DNA of 31,992 nucleotides, from UHGV virus genome UHGV-0236108; one strand, 5' to 3'. Each line of letters begins with the position of its first letter. Position 1 is the first letter of the stretch. Under the pieces are notes generated by a model. That model searched no databases. It was given only the letters and a program-made list of their open reading frames with translations, and had not been told where the DNA came from. This DNA is from a virus. Made by a program: the position numbers and the translations under genes. Below are positions 1 to 7,044 of this stretch, in pieces.

Positions 1-84
1 CTGATGTCCGGCGGTGCTTTTGCCGTTACGCACCACCCCGTCAGTAGCTGAACAGGAGGGACAGCTGATAGAAACAGAAGCCAC
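1..84 (-). CDS. insA: IS1 InsA, N-terminal 28 codons (partial, runs off window)
   Basis: Minus-strand GTG at 84-82 followed by codons for [28 protein letters not shown], the known InsA N-terminus with its CxxC zinc-finger start. Confidence 0.8.
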   Translation of the reverse strand, partial: MASVSISCPSCSATDGVVRNGKSTAGHQ

Positions 85-139
85 TGGAGCACCTCAAAAA
101 CACCATCATACACTAAATCAGTAAGTTGGCAGCATCACC
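1..139 (-). mobile_element. IS1 insertion sequence, terminal 139 bp (element continues left of window)
   Basis: Reverse complement of 1-139 reads GGTGATGCTGCCAACTTACTGATTTAGTGTATGATGG...GTGGCTTCTGTTTCTATCAGCTGTCCCTCC, which I recognise as the IS1 terminal inverted repeat plus insA start region; element terminus at 139. Confidence 0.85.
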
Positions 140-975
140 GCAAATGCCATTAATACTTCTAAAGTATATCTTCTATAAAATTTAACAAAACCAACATAGA
201 AAACATAGACGAAGAAAAAGCTAAGCATTATTGAAAGTAAACTATAAAGATAATCACTATGAGTACATAATCGATAAATAAAGGTTGGAACTGATACCCA
301 AAATGAAATTATAAAGATTAAACATATGTTTCTGCAAAAACCATATAATGCAACATAGTTTTGAATTTTTGTTTGATGTTGTTTTGAAAACTCATAAACA
401 TAATGATATGCCAATCTGAAGAGATCATCATCAAGTCCGTTTTTATCTTGTAATAATTGGCGATTTGTTATGAACTTTTTCTCATAACCTTCTTTGATCA
501 TTAACCATGTTGTATTAGCTAAATGAAATGGTAGAGATTGAGAATAACATAGTTTTTGTGTTATAAAATCCCATAGTATTATTGGACATAATACGCATTT
601 GATTATGCGATTCTTTATTTTTGTTTTTTTATCAGCGCTTCTCTCATCGCAGGATGGGCTACAAATGCTTTCTGAGGTATCTATCAATTTTTTAAATAGA
701 TATTTGGAAGGATATCCTAATTCTTTATTCATGTATTTTTCGATAAAAAATGCTGACGTGATAGAAATAAAATGTCCAGCTATATAAGATATAATAACTA
801 TTGAAGCGTAGTTCAAAATGCCAAAGATTTGACTTTGACCTCTGAGCAATTCACTTAAGTCAATAACAATATCTAGATCGAATGTCAAACCACAGAAATA
901 CATTAATAGGATAAAAAAACCACCTGGTATTAAATATCCAAGAAAGTCATAGAATGAGAATGGATTTTGATTCAT
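118..975 (-). CDS. AT-rich polytopic membrane protein, 3' end truncated by IS1 (last ~6 codons and stop supplied by the IS1 inverted repeat)
   Basis: ORF-track 118..999; ATG at 975 has a GGAG 7 nt upstream, the TTG at 999 does not. Hydrophobic segments at both ends (FFILLMYFCGL, IVIISYIAGHFISITSAFFI, CLIFIISFWVSV, LLSIMLSFFFVYVFYVGFV). Very low GC versus neighbours. Reading frame crosses the IS1 terminus at 139. Confidence 0.55.
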   Translation of the reverse strand: MNQNPFSFYDFLGYLIPGGFFILLMYFCGLTFDLDIVIDLSELLRGQSQIFGILNYASIVIISYIAGHFISITSAFFIEKYMNKELGYPSKYLFKKLIDTSESICSPSCDERSADKKTKIKNRIIKCVLCPIILWDFITQKLCYSQSLPFHLANTTWLMIKEGYEKKFITNRQLLQDKNGLDDDLFRLAYHYVYEFSKQHQTKIQNYVALYGFCRNICLIFIISFWVSVPTFIYRLCTHSDYLYSLLSIMLSFFFVYVFYVGFVKFYRRYTLEVLMAFAVMLPTY

Positions 976-1083
976 TGTTGCTCTCCAATAATTTTTCAAT
1001 TTGTAATATAACCTATATCTATATGTTAATAAATTACTTATATGTTCTTTTATGGCAGAGTTTGAATTCGTACGTGCTGATTT

Positions 1084-1608
1084 TTACGACTCAGTTAACT
1101 CTTTAAAGCGTTCCATAAACATCCCATAGGTATGGCCTGGCGACAGTGGAATAACTTTGAACATCTCTGTTGCCGGGATACCTTCCAGTACGGGCCAGAA
1201 AGAGCCATCATCAAGCCCGAGATCGCGGCGTTCGGTTGCCAGCATGATGAGATCGGCATATTTCACGGGCGTACTCATAACCGGGGGTAACCCGTATTTC
1301 TCACGGATTACGGCGTCTATTTTTTCTTCCATCCGTTTATAGTCAGGAAGAAGGCGTTTCAGTGGCGCCGGGATGTCCTGGCAATACGCTTCTGTTGCAT
1401 CATGCATTAACGCTTCAAAAGCAAATTCCTGCGGTACCAGTTGGCTGCAAAGCACCGCATGTTGGGCGACGCTGTAGAAATGTGAAAGATGTCCTGCAAA
1501 GCGACAGATATTTGAAAGAGAAACCGCGATATCGTTAATAACGATGTCGTCTTTATTTATCCTGTCATAATAAAAATGCTTCCCGGAAAAAGTTTTAATA
1601 AATGACAT
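1084..1608 (-). CDS. yfdR: HD-domain phosphohydrolase (YfbR-like 5'-nucleotidase fold), CPS-53 YfdR-like
   Basis: H...HD...D metal-binding pattern (GHLSHFYSVAQHAV ... ALMHDATEAY ... D); start placed at ATG 1608 with GTGGAG Shine-Dalgarno (ORF-track GTG at 1635 has none); symbol from remembered similarity and gene order, unverified. Confidence 0.65.
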   Translation of the reverse strand: MSFIKTFSGKHFYYDRINKDDIVINDIAVSLSNICRFAGHLSHFYSVAQHAVLCSQLVPQEFAFEALMHDATEAYCQDIPAPLKRLLPDYKRMEEKIDAVIREKYGLPPVMSTPVKYADLIMLATERRDLGLDDGSFWPVLEGIPATEMFKVIPLSPGHTYGMFMERFKELTES

Positions 1609-1735
1609 TTTGTTCTCCACGTATATGCGCTGCACCGCGCTGAATTCTGGTAAAAGAAAGCCCTCACCATCCGGCGATTATTGAGTCAATTACGTTTCCA
1701 TAAATGCCCCCGCAGGGGCATTTGCAGTAATGAAA

Positions 1736-2560
1736 TCAGGCGGTAAAAGTACCAATAAAGGTTTCTACTTTGCTGTCCTTGAATTTCTCAACAAGCAGAT
1801 CACGAAATTCGTTAGCCATTTCTTCCTGCACTGCTTCCAGCTGAATAATGCGCAGAACCAGTACAGGACGATCGCCAGTGATAATGCTGAGGCGTAATTT
1901 AAACGGACGTTCTTTCAGGCCTTCAAACGGAACGCATTTAAATTCAAATGCCACTGGCATAATATCTTTGGTCTTCGCTTCGACAGACTCCATCAGGGAG
2001 CGTTTGCCGCTGAAGTCATTGTCTTCAAAATCAGCGGTCTGGTTTGCTTCAATCGTGATTTTACGGACTGCCGCAGCCGCTTTTGTTGCCTGAATGGCAT
2101 CACCATTAGCATCAAAGCCCACAAGGTAGTCGGCCCAGTCTTCAATCCATTCTGCCAGTGACTTCTGGGAGTTACGCTCGCCGTTAACAGACAACAGAGC
2201 AGAGAACGGTGCTGTCTTTTTCAGTTTGAGAGTGGCGGTGTTATCTGCGTGACCAGGCTCATCAATAGTACCTAGGTTAAGCACACTGACGGCACGCATA
2301 TTATCGGCATCGATAAAGCAGCGGGTGCCTTCATCCGCAAGATCTTTAGAATAACGGGTAAAGTCATCGATGCTGGCAGTGGAAAGCGCACCACGGAAAC
2401 GGAAGCGATTTAAATTAAATTTTTCCAGATCATGAATGCGGAAATTTTCAGGTAATGCCACTGCGTCGGCACCAATCTTACTGATAATTTCATTAACACC
2501 CTGAGCAGAAATAAGGGCATGGATTTGATTAATTGCGGTTGCGTCTAAGTTCTGAGACAT
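1736..2560 (-). CDS. yfdQ: DUF2303-type prophage protein, CPS-53 YfdQ-like (274 aa)
   Basis: 274-aa ORF with GAGGA Shine-Dalgarno before ATG 2560; length and position between the yfdP-like and yfdR-like genes match the K-12 yfdP-Q-R order; function unknown. Confidence 0.65.
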   Translation of the reverse strand: MSQNLDATAINQIHALISAQGVNEIISKIGADAVALPENFRIHDLEKFNLNRFRFRGALSTASIDDFTRYSKDLADEGTRCFIDADNMRAVSVLNLGTIDEPGHADNTATLKLKKTAPFSALLSVNGERNSQKSLAEWIEDWADYLVGFDANGDAIQATKAAAAVRKITIEANQTADFEDNDFSGKRSLMESVEAKTKDIMPVAFEFKCVPFEGLKERPFKLRLSIITGDRPVLVLRIIQLEAVQEEMANEFRDLLVEKFKDSKVETFIGTFTA

Positions 2561-2625
2561 AATAAGTCCTCACTATATAAAGATATTCAGTGATGAGATA
2601 AATAATCAGTTAATTAAGAACGATA

Positions 2626-2988
2626 TTAATGACCTGCTGCGCGGAGTTTTCCGTCAGGTTCACCGGCAAGAGTCAGTAATTGTCCCTGGTCTTCCTGCAG
2701 AATAGTCAGGCGACCACCGCGATTGACATACATCGGCGTTTCGGTGGTGTCTTCTTCGGAAATTTTCCCGCGGTTAGTCGGACGAACATATGAGAGTTTG
2801 TGTTTTATTTTCACACGGTTCTCATCAAACGGTTCGATTTCCAGGTTGAGCGAAACCTTACCTTTGGTTTTCGTGTTCATCACACCGGAAGCGACTTCAC
2901 TGAGAACTGCGCCGATTTTGGTTTCAAATACGCCGCCGTCCAGCTCCCCGATAAATTCCTGCACGTTGGTACTGCGTTCGCTAGCCAT
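2626..2988 (-). CDS. yfdP: small prophage protein, CPS-53 YfdP-like (120 aa)
   Basis: Internal ATG at 2988 preceded by GAGGAG; the longer ORF-track extension to 3306 is Arg/Cys-rich and runs into structured noncoding DNA, so judged not translated. Confidence 0.55.
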   Translation of the reverse strand: MASERSTNVQEFIGELDGGVFETKIGAVLSEVASGVMNTKTKGKVSLNLEIEPFDENRVKIKHKLSYVRPTNRGKISEEDTTETPMYVNRGGRLTILQEDQGQLLTLAGEPDGKLRAAGH

Positions 2989-3425
2989 TTTGCTGCTCCT
3001 CATCATATCGACCCTGCAAGGTCGGTTGGTTTCTCCACAAAACAGAGAAGAACACCTGCGGTGGCAGTCGCCCCGGTGGATTGGGTTATGAGCCCGTCGT
3101 CCGGTGATGCTCTTCTCTGTTTTGTAAAAAGAGCGGTACCAGCCGGAAGCAAGGGTACAAGCTGGTACCGCCAGGACTACACACAGCATAAAGTTGTGGT
3201 GCCGGGTGCCTCCCGGTGCCTGGCGAAGGTTGCACACCAGGCGGGTGGGTATCCACAGAAGGTCGACTGTCAGCCTCAACCTTAACCCGCGTGCGCTGAG
3301 CCGCATTCACCACAACGCTAAGGATTCTCTCAGGTTGAAAATACTTAGCTGTTATGTGCCTGTCTTTTCACCACTTCAGGCTCGGTGGTATCCTTTTAAG
3401 CCCGTATACATAAAAGGAAAATCAA

Positions 3426-3671
3426 ATGACTTTTGATGAAAAAGAACTTGATAATGCAATTAATAAAATCATCGTAACGTCGCTCTTTTCCTGTCTTAGT
3501 GACACTCAGCAAAAACAGTTCTACGAATCGGCTTTCAACATGATCGAGCGTTGTTGTTTCTGCGATGCCGACGAGTTACCTGAAAAAATCAGGAAACAGT
3601 TGGCTGATGCTCTTCGAGTGCGACTTTCTGACCAATTTTCTGAAATGTGCTCTCCGAATTTGGACAAATAG
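3426..3671 (+). CDS. hypothetical small protein (81 aa)
   Basis: AAAGGAAA Shine-Dalgarno 5 nt before ATG 3426; Cys-containing acidic protein; no family recognised. Confidence 0.45.
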   Translation: MTFDEKELDNAINKIIVTSLFSCLSDTQQKQFYESAFNMIERCCFCDADELPEKIRKQLADALRVRLSDQFSEMCSPNLDK

Positions 3672-3864
3672 AAAAAGGCCATTTCCATTCAGGGTCTGAT
3701 GGAAATACTTCAGCCTGTTCCAAAGCACGGCGTAAAGAGAACACAACTCCAGCCATAATCTGATGTTTCCCATTGGTCCAGCTATCGCCGCTCTGATCTA
3801 CAGGGGCGGCTATGTCGTATGACCAAACGACTTCACAGTTATTGTTTAAAATCTGGACTTTCAT
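3589..3864 (-). CDS. hypothetical protein, possible first gene of the leftward early operon (92 aa from second ATG)
   Basis: ORF-track 3589..3885; ATG 3864 has an AGGTG upstream. 3' end overlaps the convergent 3426..3671 ORF by 83 nt and contains a hairpin, so the true extent is uncertain. Confidence 0.3.
   Translation of the reverse strand: MKVQILNNNCEVVWSYDIAAPVDQSGDSWTNGKHQIMAGVVFSLRRALEQAEVFPSDPEWKWPFSICPNSESTFQKIGQKVALEEHQPTVS
3681..3706 (-). terminator. hairpin with downstream T-tract on the minus strand (possible tL-type terminator or attenuator)
   Basis: ATTTCCAT / ATGGAAAT 8-bp inverted repeat with 10-nt loop; on the minus strand followed by GGCCTTTTTCTATTT. Confidence 0.35.
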
Positions 3865-4071
3865 TTCATACACCTGCTTTAACATGAGTGCCTAGTGGCA
3901 CAACATGACTCAACGAATCATCCTGGACTTCATATGCCCCAGGCGGCTACTTCGTGGGCGTCCTGCCTGTTCGTTTTTGACATTTACTGACTGCTTACGA
4001 CACATGCACCGTGTTGCAACCAGATTTTGTTGTAATCCTGTAGTTGGTCTGGAACAAAAGATAAAATTAAA

Positions 4072-4108
4072 TTGCGAGATATGCAAGTAATATTTGCGAG
4101 ATATGCAA
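4072..4108. promoter_or_regulatory. OL-like operator pair: two identical 15-bp palindromes TTGCGAGATATGCAA (4072-4086, 4094-4108) overlapping a likely leftward early promoter
   Basis: Exact direct duplication of a dyad-symmetric 15-mer 7 bp apart, lying beyond the cI terminator as OL/PL does in lambda; same motif family as the site at 4876-4890. Confidence 0.55.
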
Positions 4109-4119
4109 ATTTATAGGTA

Positions 4120-4142
4120 ATAAAAAGCCACCTTTCGGTGGC
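4120..4142 (-). terminator. rho-independent terminator downstream of the repressor gene
   Basis: GCCACC-TTTC-GGTGGC stem-loop (4127-4142) followed on the minus strand by TTTTTA (4121-4126), 20 bp past the cI stop. Confidence 0.6.
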
Positions 4143-4162
4143 CGATGGATGGGATATTGAGG

Positions 4163-4855
4163 TTAATTATGTCTCTTAAGGGTTTGCGACTGACTGATTA
4201 AGACCTTTCCAAAGACCATGAATCGGTGTTCGTTTTCGCTAGTAATTCCCCATTCACGGTAAATCTGGTTATCAGAAATCACCAGCAGTTTGTCAGGAAT
4301 CATTTGAAGTCTTTTAACGTATATTTTGTCATCAAAACCAAAGACATATATACCATCACCATCAAACTGATTGATGCTGACATCAACGAAGATGAGATCT
4401 CCTGGCTCAATGGTTGGACACATACTGTCCCCACGAACGTTGATAACTTTGATGTGATTGGCTGGTCGTCCGCCGAACATTGATACAGCATTATCAGTTC
4501 TGTATTCGATGGCATGAATCACATCAATGACATCACCGCCCTGGATAAGGCCATTTCCCGCACTGGCACTGATATCCAGCATTTCAATACGGAACACATC
4601 CTTCACCTGCGCAACATCCTCATTATTACTGTTTTTATATACAGTATTACTTTTGTGGGCAGAGGTAAAGAGATCAGCAATATCAACACCTAAGCTCTTG
4701 GCAATATTACTCAGTGTTTGTTCGGTAAATTGTTTTTGCTTACCCGTTTCTAAGCGCGAGATGTTCGCCGCATCTACTCCTATCGCTTCAGCGAGATCGG
4801 CGATTTTCATGTTCTTCGCTTGGCGAAGTTGTCTGACTCGGTTTCCTATGTTCAT
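4163..4855 (-). CDS. CI-type prophage repressor: N-terminal XRE helix-turn-helix plus C-terminal S24 (LexA-like) autopeptidase domain
   Basis: HTH segment MKIADLAEAIGVDAANISRLETG; C-terminal half with the S24-family layout (VRGDSMCPTIEPGDLIFVD ... KIYVKRL); no Shine-Dalgarno before ATG 4855, consistent with a leaderless PRM-type transcript. Confidence 0.9.
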   Translation of the reverse strand: MNIGNRVRQLRQAKNMKIADLAEAIGVDAANISRLETGKQKQFTEQTLSNIAKSLGVDIADLFTSAHKSNTVYKNSNNEDVAQVKDVFRIEMLDISASAGNGLIQGGDVIDVIHAIEYRTDNAVSMFGGRPANHIKVINVRGDSMCPTIEPGDLIFVDVSINQFDGDGIYVFGFDDKIYVKRLQMIPDKLLVISDNQIYREWGITSENEHRFMVFGKVLISQSQTLKRHN

Positions 4856-4875
4856 GCGTTTATTACATTTCTTTA

Positions 4876-4940
4876 TTGCGTGATAAGCAAATTAACTTGC
4901 GCAAAATAATTGCGTGAAATAACATGCATAACGCGCAATA
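4876..4940. promoter_or_regulatory. OR-like divergent operator/promoter region between repressor and cro
   Basis: TTGCGTGATAAGCAA (4876-4890) matches the OL palindrome family; further ATTGCG(T/C)G half-sites at 4896-4903, 4909-4916 and inverted at 4931-4940; candidate PR -35 TTGCGC (4897-4902) and -10 TAACAT (4920-4925) ahead of cro. Confidence 0.5.
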
Positions 4941-4952
4941 TTTGGAGGGTAT

Positions 4953-5213
4953 ATGCAATCACCATTACGAAATGTGCGTAAGGCGCATGGTTTCACTTTG
5001 CAGCATGTTGCTGCGGGTGTTCAAGTCAATCCAGCGACGTTGAGTCGTATTGAGAGGCTGGAGCAGATTCCATCTATCGAGCTTGCAGAACGTTTAGCCA
5101 ATTTTTTTAAGGGTGAAGTCAGCGAAATGCAGATTCTTTATCCGGCACGTTTTCAATCTAGCCAAAACCAGAATGGGTTTAAACCACAGGAACAGGAGGT
5201 GAACCGTGGGTAA
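4953..5213 (+). CDS. Cro-like XRE-family HTH regulator (86 aa)
   Basis: GGAGGG Shine-Dalgarno, ATG 4953; HTH signature FTLQHVAAGVQVNPATLSRIE; divergent from the repressor gene. Confidence 0.8.
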   Translation: MQSPLRNVRKAHGFTLQHVAAGVQVNPATLSRIERLEQIPSIELAERLANFFKGEVSEMQILYPARFQSSQNQNGFKPQEQEVNRG

Positions 5214-5243
5214 GCATCACTGGAAAGTAGAAAAACAGCCTGA

Positions 5244-5756
5244 GTGGTACGTGAAAGCTGTCAGAAAAACTATCGCAGCGTTGCCGGGGGGTACGCTGAA
5301 GCTGCTGACTGGCTGGATGTAACAGAGAACGCATTATTTAACCGCCTTCGTGCCGATGGCGATCAGATTTTCCCGCTGGGATGGGCAATGATTTTGCAAC
5401 GTGCTGGTGGAACTCACTTCATTGCTGACGCTGTGGCGCAGTCTGCAAATGGCGTCTTTGTGTCTCTTCCTGATGTCGAGGATGTGGACAACGCCGATAT
5501 CAACCAACGCCTGCTGGAGGTCATTGAACAGATCGGCAGTTATTCAAAACAGATTCGTTCAGCAATTGAAGACGGTGTAGTGGAACCGCATGAGAAGACA
5601 GCAATTAACGACGAGCTGTACCTCTCAATTTCGAAGCTGCAGGAGCATGCAGCACTGGTCTACAAAATTTTTTGCATTTCAGAAAGTAATGACGCCCGCG
5701 AGTGTGCAGCTCCGGGCGCCGTGGCGTGTCGTGACTGTGGAGAAACTAACGCATGA
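5244..5756 (+). CDS. CII-like regulatory protein (phage 186 CII / CP76-type), ~170 aa
   Basis: Position immediately after cro; segment [35 protein letters not shown] resembles the remembered 186 CII segment NKLNPEQPHQFTPPELWLLTDLTEDSTLVDGFLAQ; GTG start, similar length to 186 CII (169 aa). Confidence 0.5.
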   Translation: MVRESCQKNYRSVAGGYAEAADWLDVTENALFNRLRADGDQIFPLGWAMILQRAGGTHFIADAVAQSANGVFVSLPDVEDVDNADINQRLLEVIEQIGSYSKQIRSAIEDGVVEPHEKTAINDELYLSISKLQEHAALVYKIFCISESNDARECAAPGAVACRDCGETNA

Positions 5757-6091
5757 ACAGTTTAACAACACACTACCGTCGCTCGCAACTGATTGCGCTT
5801 CCTGTACCGGGTGGAAAAGCGAAGGTGGAGTATTGCTATGCAGTAAATGTACCAGGTGGCAGGGTAATTGTAACCCACAGCTTTGCAGAGTGGGCTGTGG
5901 GTGATTTTAACCGGCAAAAGGAGACAGTCCTTTGCGACAAGTTAACCGCTGGTTCAAAGATCACTACGGAGTGCCCGTCAGAGTCATTCGTTGGGAGCCG
6001 GAAACACAACGGGTTATCTACCTCCGTGAAGGCTATGAGCATGAGTGCTTCAGCCCGCTCGAACAGTTTCGTCGTAAATTCAGGGAAATAG
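5753..6091 (+). CDS. hypothetical protein (112 aa); gene model uncertain, see findings
   Basis: ATG overlaps the upstream stop (ATGA) with a GGAGAAA upstream; N-terminal half protein-like, C-terminal half Ser-rich and overlapped by an alternative-frame ORF with a stronger ribosome-binding site. Confidence 0.35.
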   Translation: MNSLTTHYRRSQLIALPVPGGKAKVEYCYAVNVPGGRVIVTHSFAEWAVGDFNRQKETVLCDKLTAGSKITTECPSESFVGSRKHNGLSTSVKAMSMSASARSNSFVVNSGK

Positions 6092-6100
6092 AGGTCGGTC

Positions 6101-7042
6101 ATGAGCACTAAATTAACCGGCTATGTATGGGATGGTTGCGCAGCGTCAGGCATGAAATTATCCAGCGTGGCAATTATGGCCCGCCTGGCTGATTTCAGTA
6201 ATGACGAAGGTGTGTGCTGGCCATCAATTGAAACCATTGCCCGTCAGATTGGCGCGGGGATGAGTACCGTCAGGACGGCTATCGCACGGCTGGAAGCAGA
6301 AGGCTGGTTAACGCGTAAGGCGCGTCGCCAGGGTAACCGCAATGCGTCGAATGTTTATCAGCTTAACGTTGCGAAGCTTCAGGCAGCGGCATTTTCTCAA
6401 CTGTCAGATTCTGACCCGTCAAAATCTGACGCATCAAAATCTGACCCGTCAAAATTTGATGCGTCGAAATCTGGCAAAAAAGCGGGTTTTCACCCGTCAG
6501 AATCTGGCGGGGATCCGTCAGTAAAATCAAAACATGATCCGTCATATAAAAAACCTTCTCGTCCGGACGCTTCGCAACCGGACACGCAGACGGATGAACA
6601 GGATTTTTTAACTCGCCATCCTGATGCGGTTGTATTCAGCCCTAAAAAGCGCCAGTGGGGAACGCAGGATGATTTGACCTGCGCACAGTGGCTCTGGAAA
6701 AAAATCATCGCCCTGTACGAGCAGGCCGCCGAATGTGACGGCGAGGTGGTTCGTCCCAAAGAACCGAACTGGACAGCCTGGGCAAACGAAATTCGCCTGA
6801 TGTGTGTGCAGGATGGTCGTACTCACAAACAAATCTGCGAGATGTACAGCCGCGTCAGCCGCGATCCGTTCTGGTGCCGTAACGTGCTCAGCCCGTCGAA
6901 GCTGCGGGAAAAATGGGATGAGCTTTCCCTGCGCTTATCGCCGTCCGTCAGCACGTACACAGAAAAACGCGAAGACCCGTACTTCAAAGCCAGTTACGAC
7001 AATGTGGACTACAGCCAGATCCCGGCAGGATTCAGGGGGTGA
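6101..7042 (+). CDS. replication initiation protein, lambda O-like (N-terminal winged-helix DNA-binding domain, iterons inside the gene)
   Basis: N-terminus with HTH-like segment (ETIARQIGAGMSTVRTAIARLEAEGWL); codons 100-150 are the in-frame read-out of the iteron array (SDSDPSKSDASKSDPSKFDASKSG). Confidence 0.75.
   Translation: MSTKLTGYVWDGCAASGMKLSSVAIMARLADFSNDEGVCWPSIETIARQIGAGMSTVRTAIARLEAEGWLTRKARRQGNRNASNVYQLNVAKLQAAAFSQLSDSDPSKSDASKSDPSKFDASKSGKKAGFHPSESGGDPSVKSKHDPSYKKPSRPDASQPDTQTDEQDFLTRHPDAVVFSPKKRQWGTQDDLTCAQWLWKKIIALYEQAAECDGEVVRPKEPNWTAWANEIRLMCVQDGRTHKQICEMYSRVSRDPFWCRNVLSPSKLREKWDELSLRLSPSVSTYTEKREDPYFKASYDNVDYSQIPAGFRG
6403..6555. repeat. origin-of-replication-like element: five tandem 15-bp iterons (6403-6477), degenerate copies, then an AT-rich stretch
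   Basis: GTCAGATTCTGACCC / GTCAAAATCTGACGC / ATCAAAATCTGACCC / GTCAAAATTTGATGC / GTCGAAATCTGGCAA head to tail, then CCGTCAGAATCTGGCGG and an A/T-rich tract (aaaatcaaaacatgatccgtcatataaaaaacc). Confidence 0.65.
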
Positions 7043-7044
7043 GC

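Noticed and set aside
1-60. Plus-strand reading of 1-51 as the 3' end of a gene (…[16 protein letters not shown]) followed by an AGGAGG ribosome-binding site
   Set aside because: The segment is better explained as the reverse complement of IS1 insA; the apparent ribosome-binding site is IS1 sequence.
2800-3436. Six-frame ORFs 2800..3285 (+), 3086..3313 (-), 3194..3436 (+) and the N-terminal extension of 2626..3306 (-)
   Set aside because: They overlap the yfdP-like gene on the opposite strand or lie in the GC-rich structured intergenic region, are Arg/Cys/Pro-rich with no ribosome-binding sites, and look like open frames in noncoding DNA.
3865-4070. Lambda N-type nut site (boxA CGCTCTT plus boxB hairpin) in the leftward leader
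   Set aside because: No boxA-like sequence found on either strand in this interval, so no N/nut call is made.
3905-4090. Plus-strand ORF 3905..4090 in the leader between the OL-like operators and the first leftward ORF
   Set aside because: No ribosome-binding site, Cys/Arg-rich, and it runs through the operator repeats; more likely promoter/leader sequence.
6342-6545. ORFs 6342..6524 (+) and 6363..6545 (-) with repetitive ILTRQNLT-type peptides
   Set aside because: These are alternative-frame read-outs of the iteron array inside the replication initiator gene, not independent genes.
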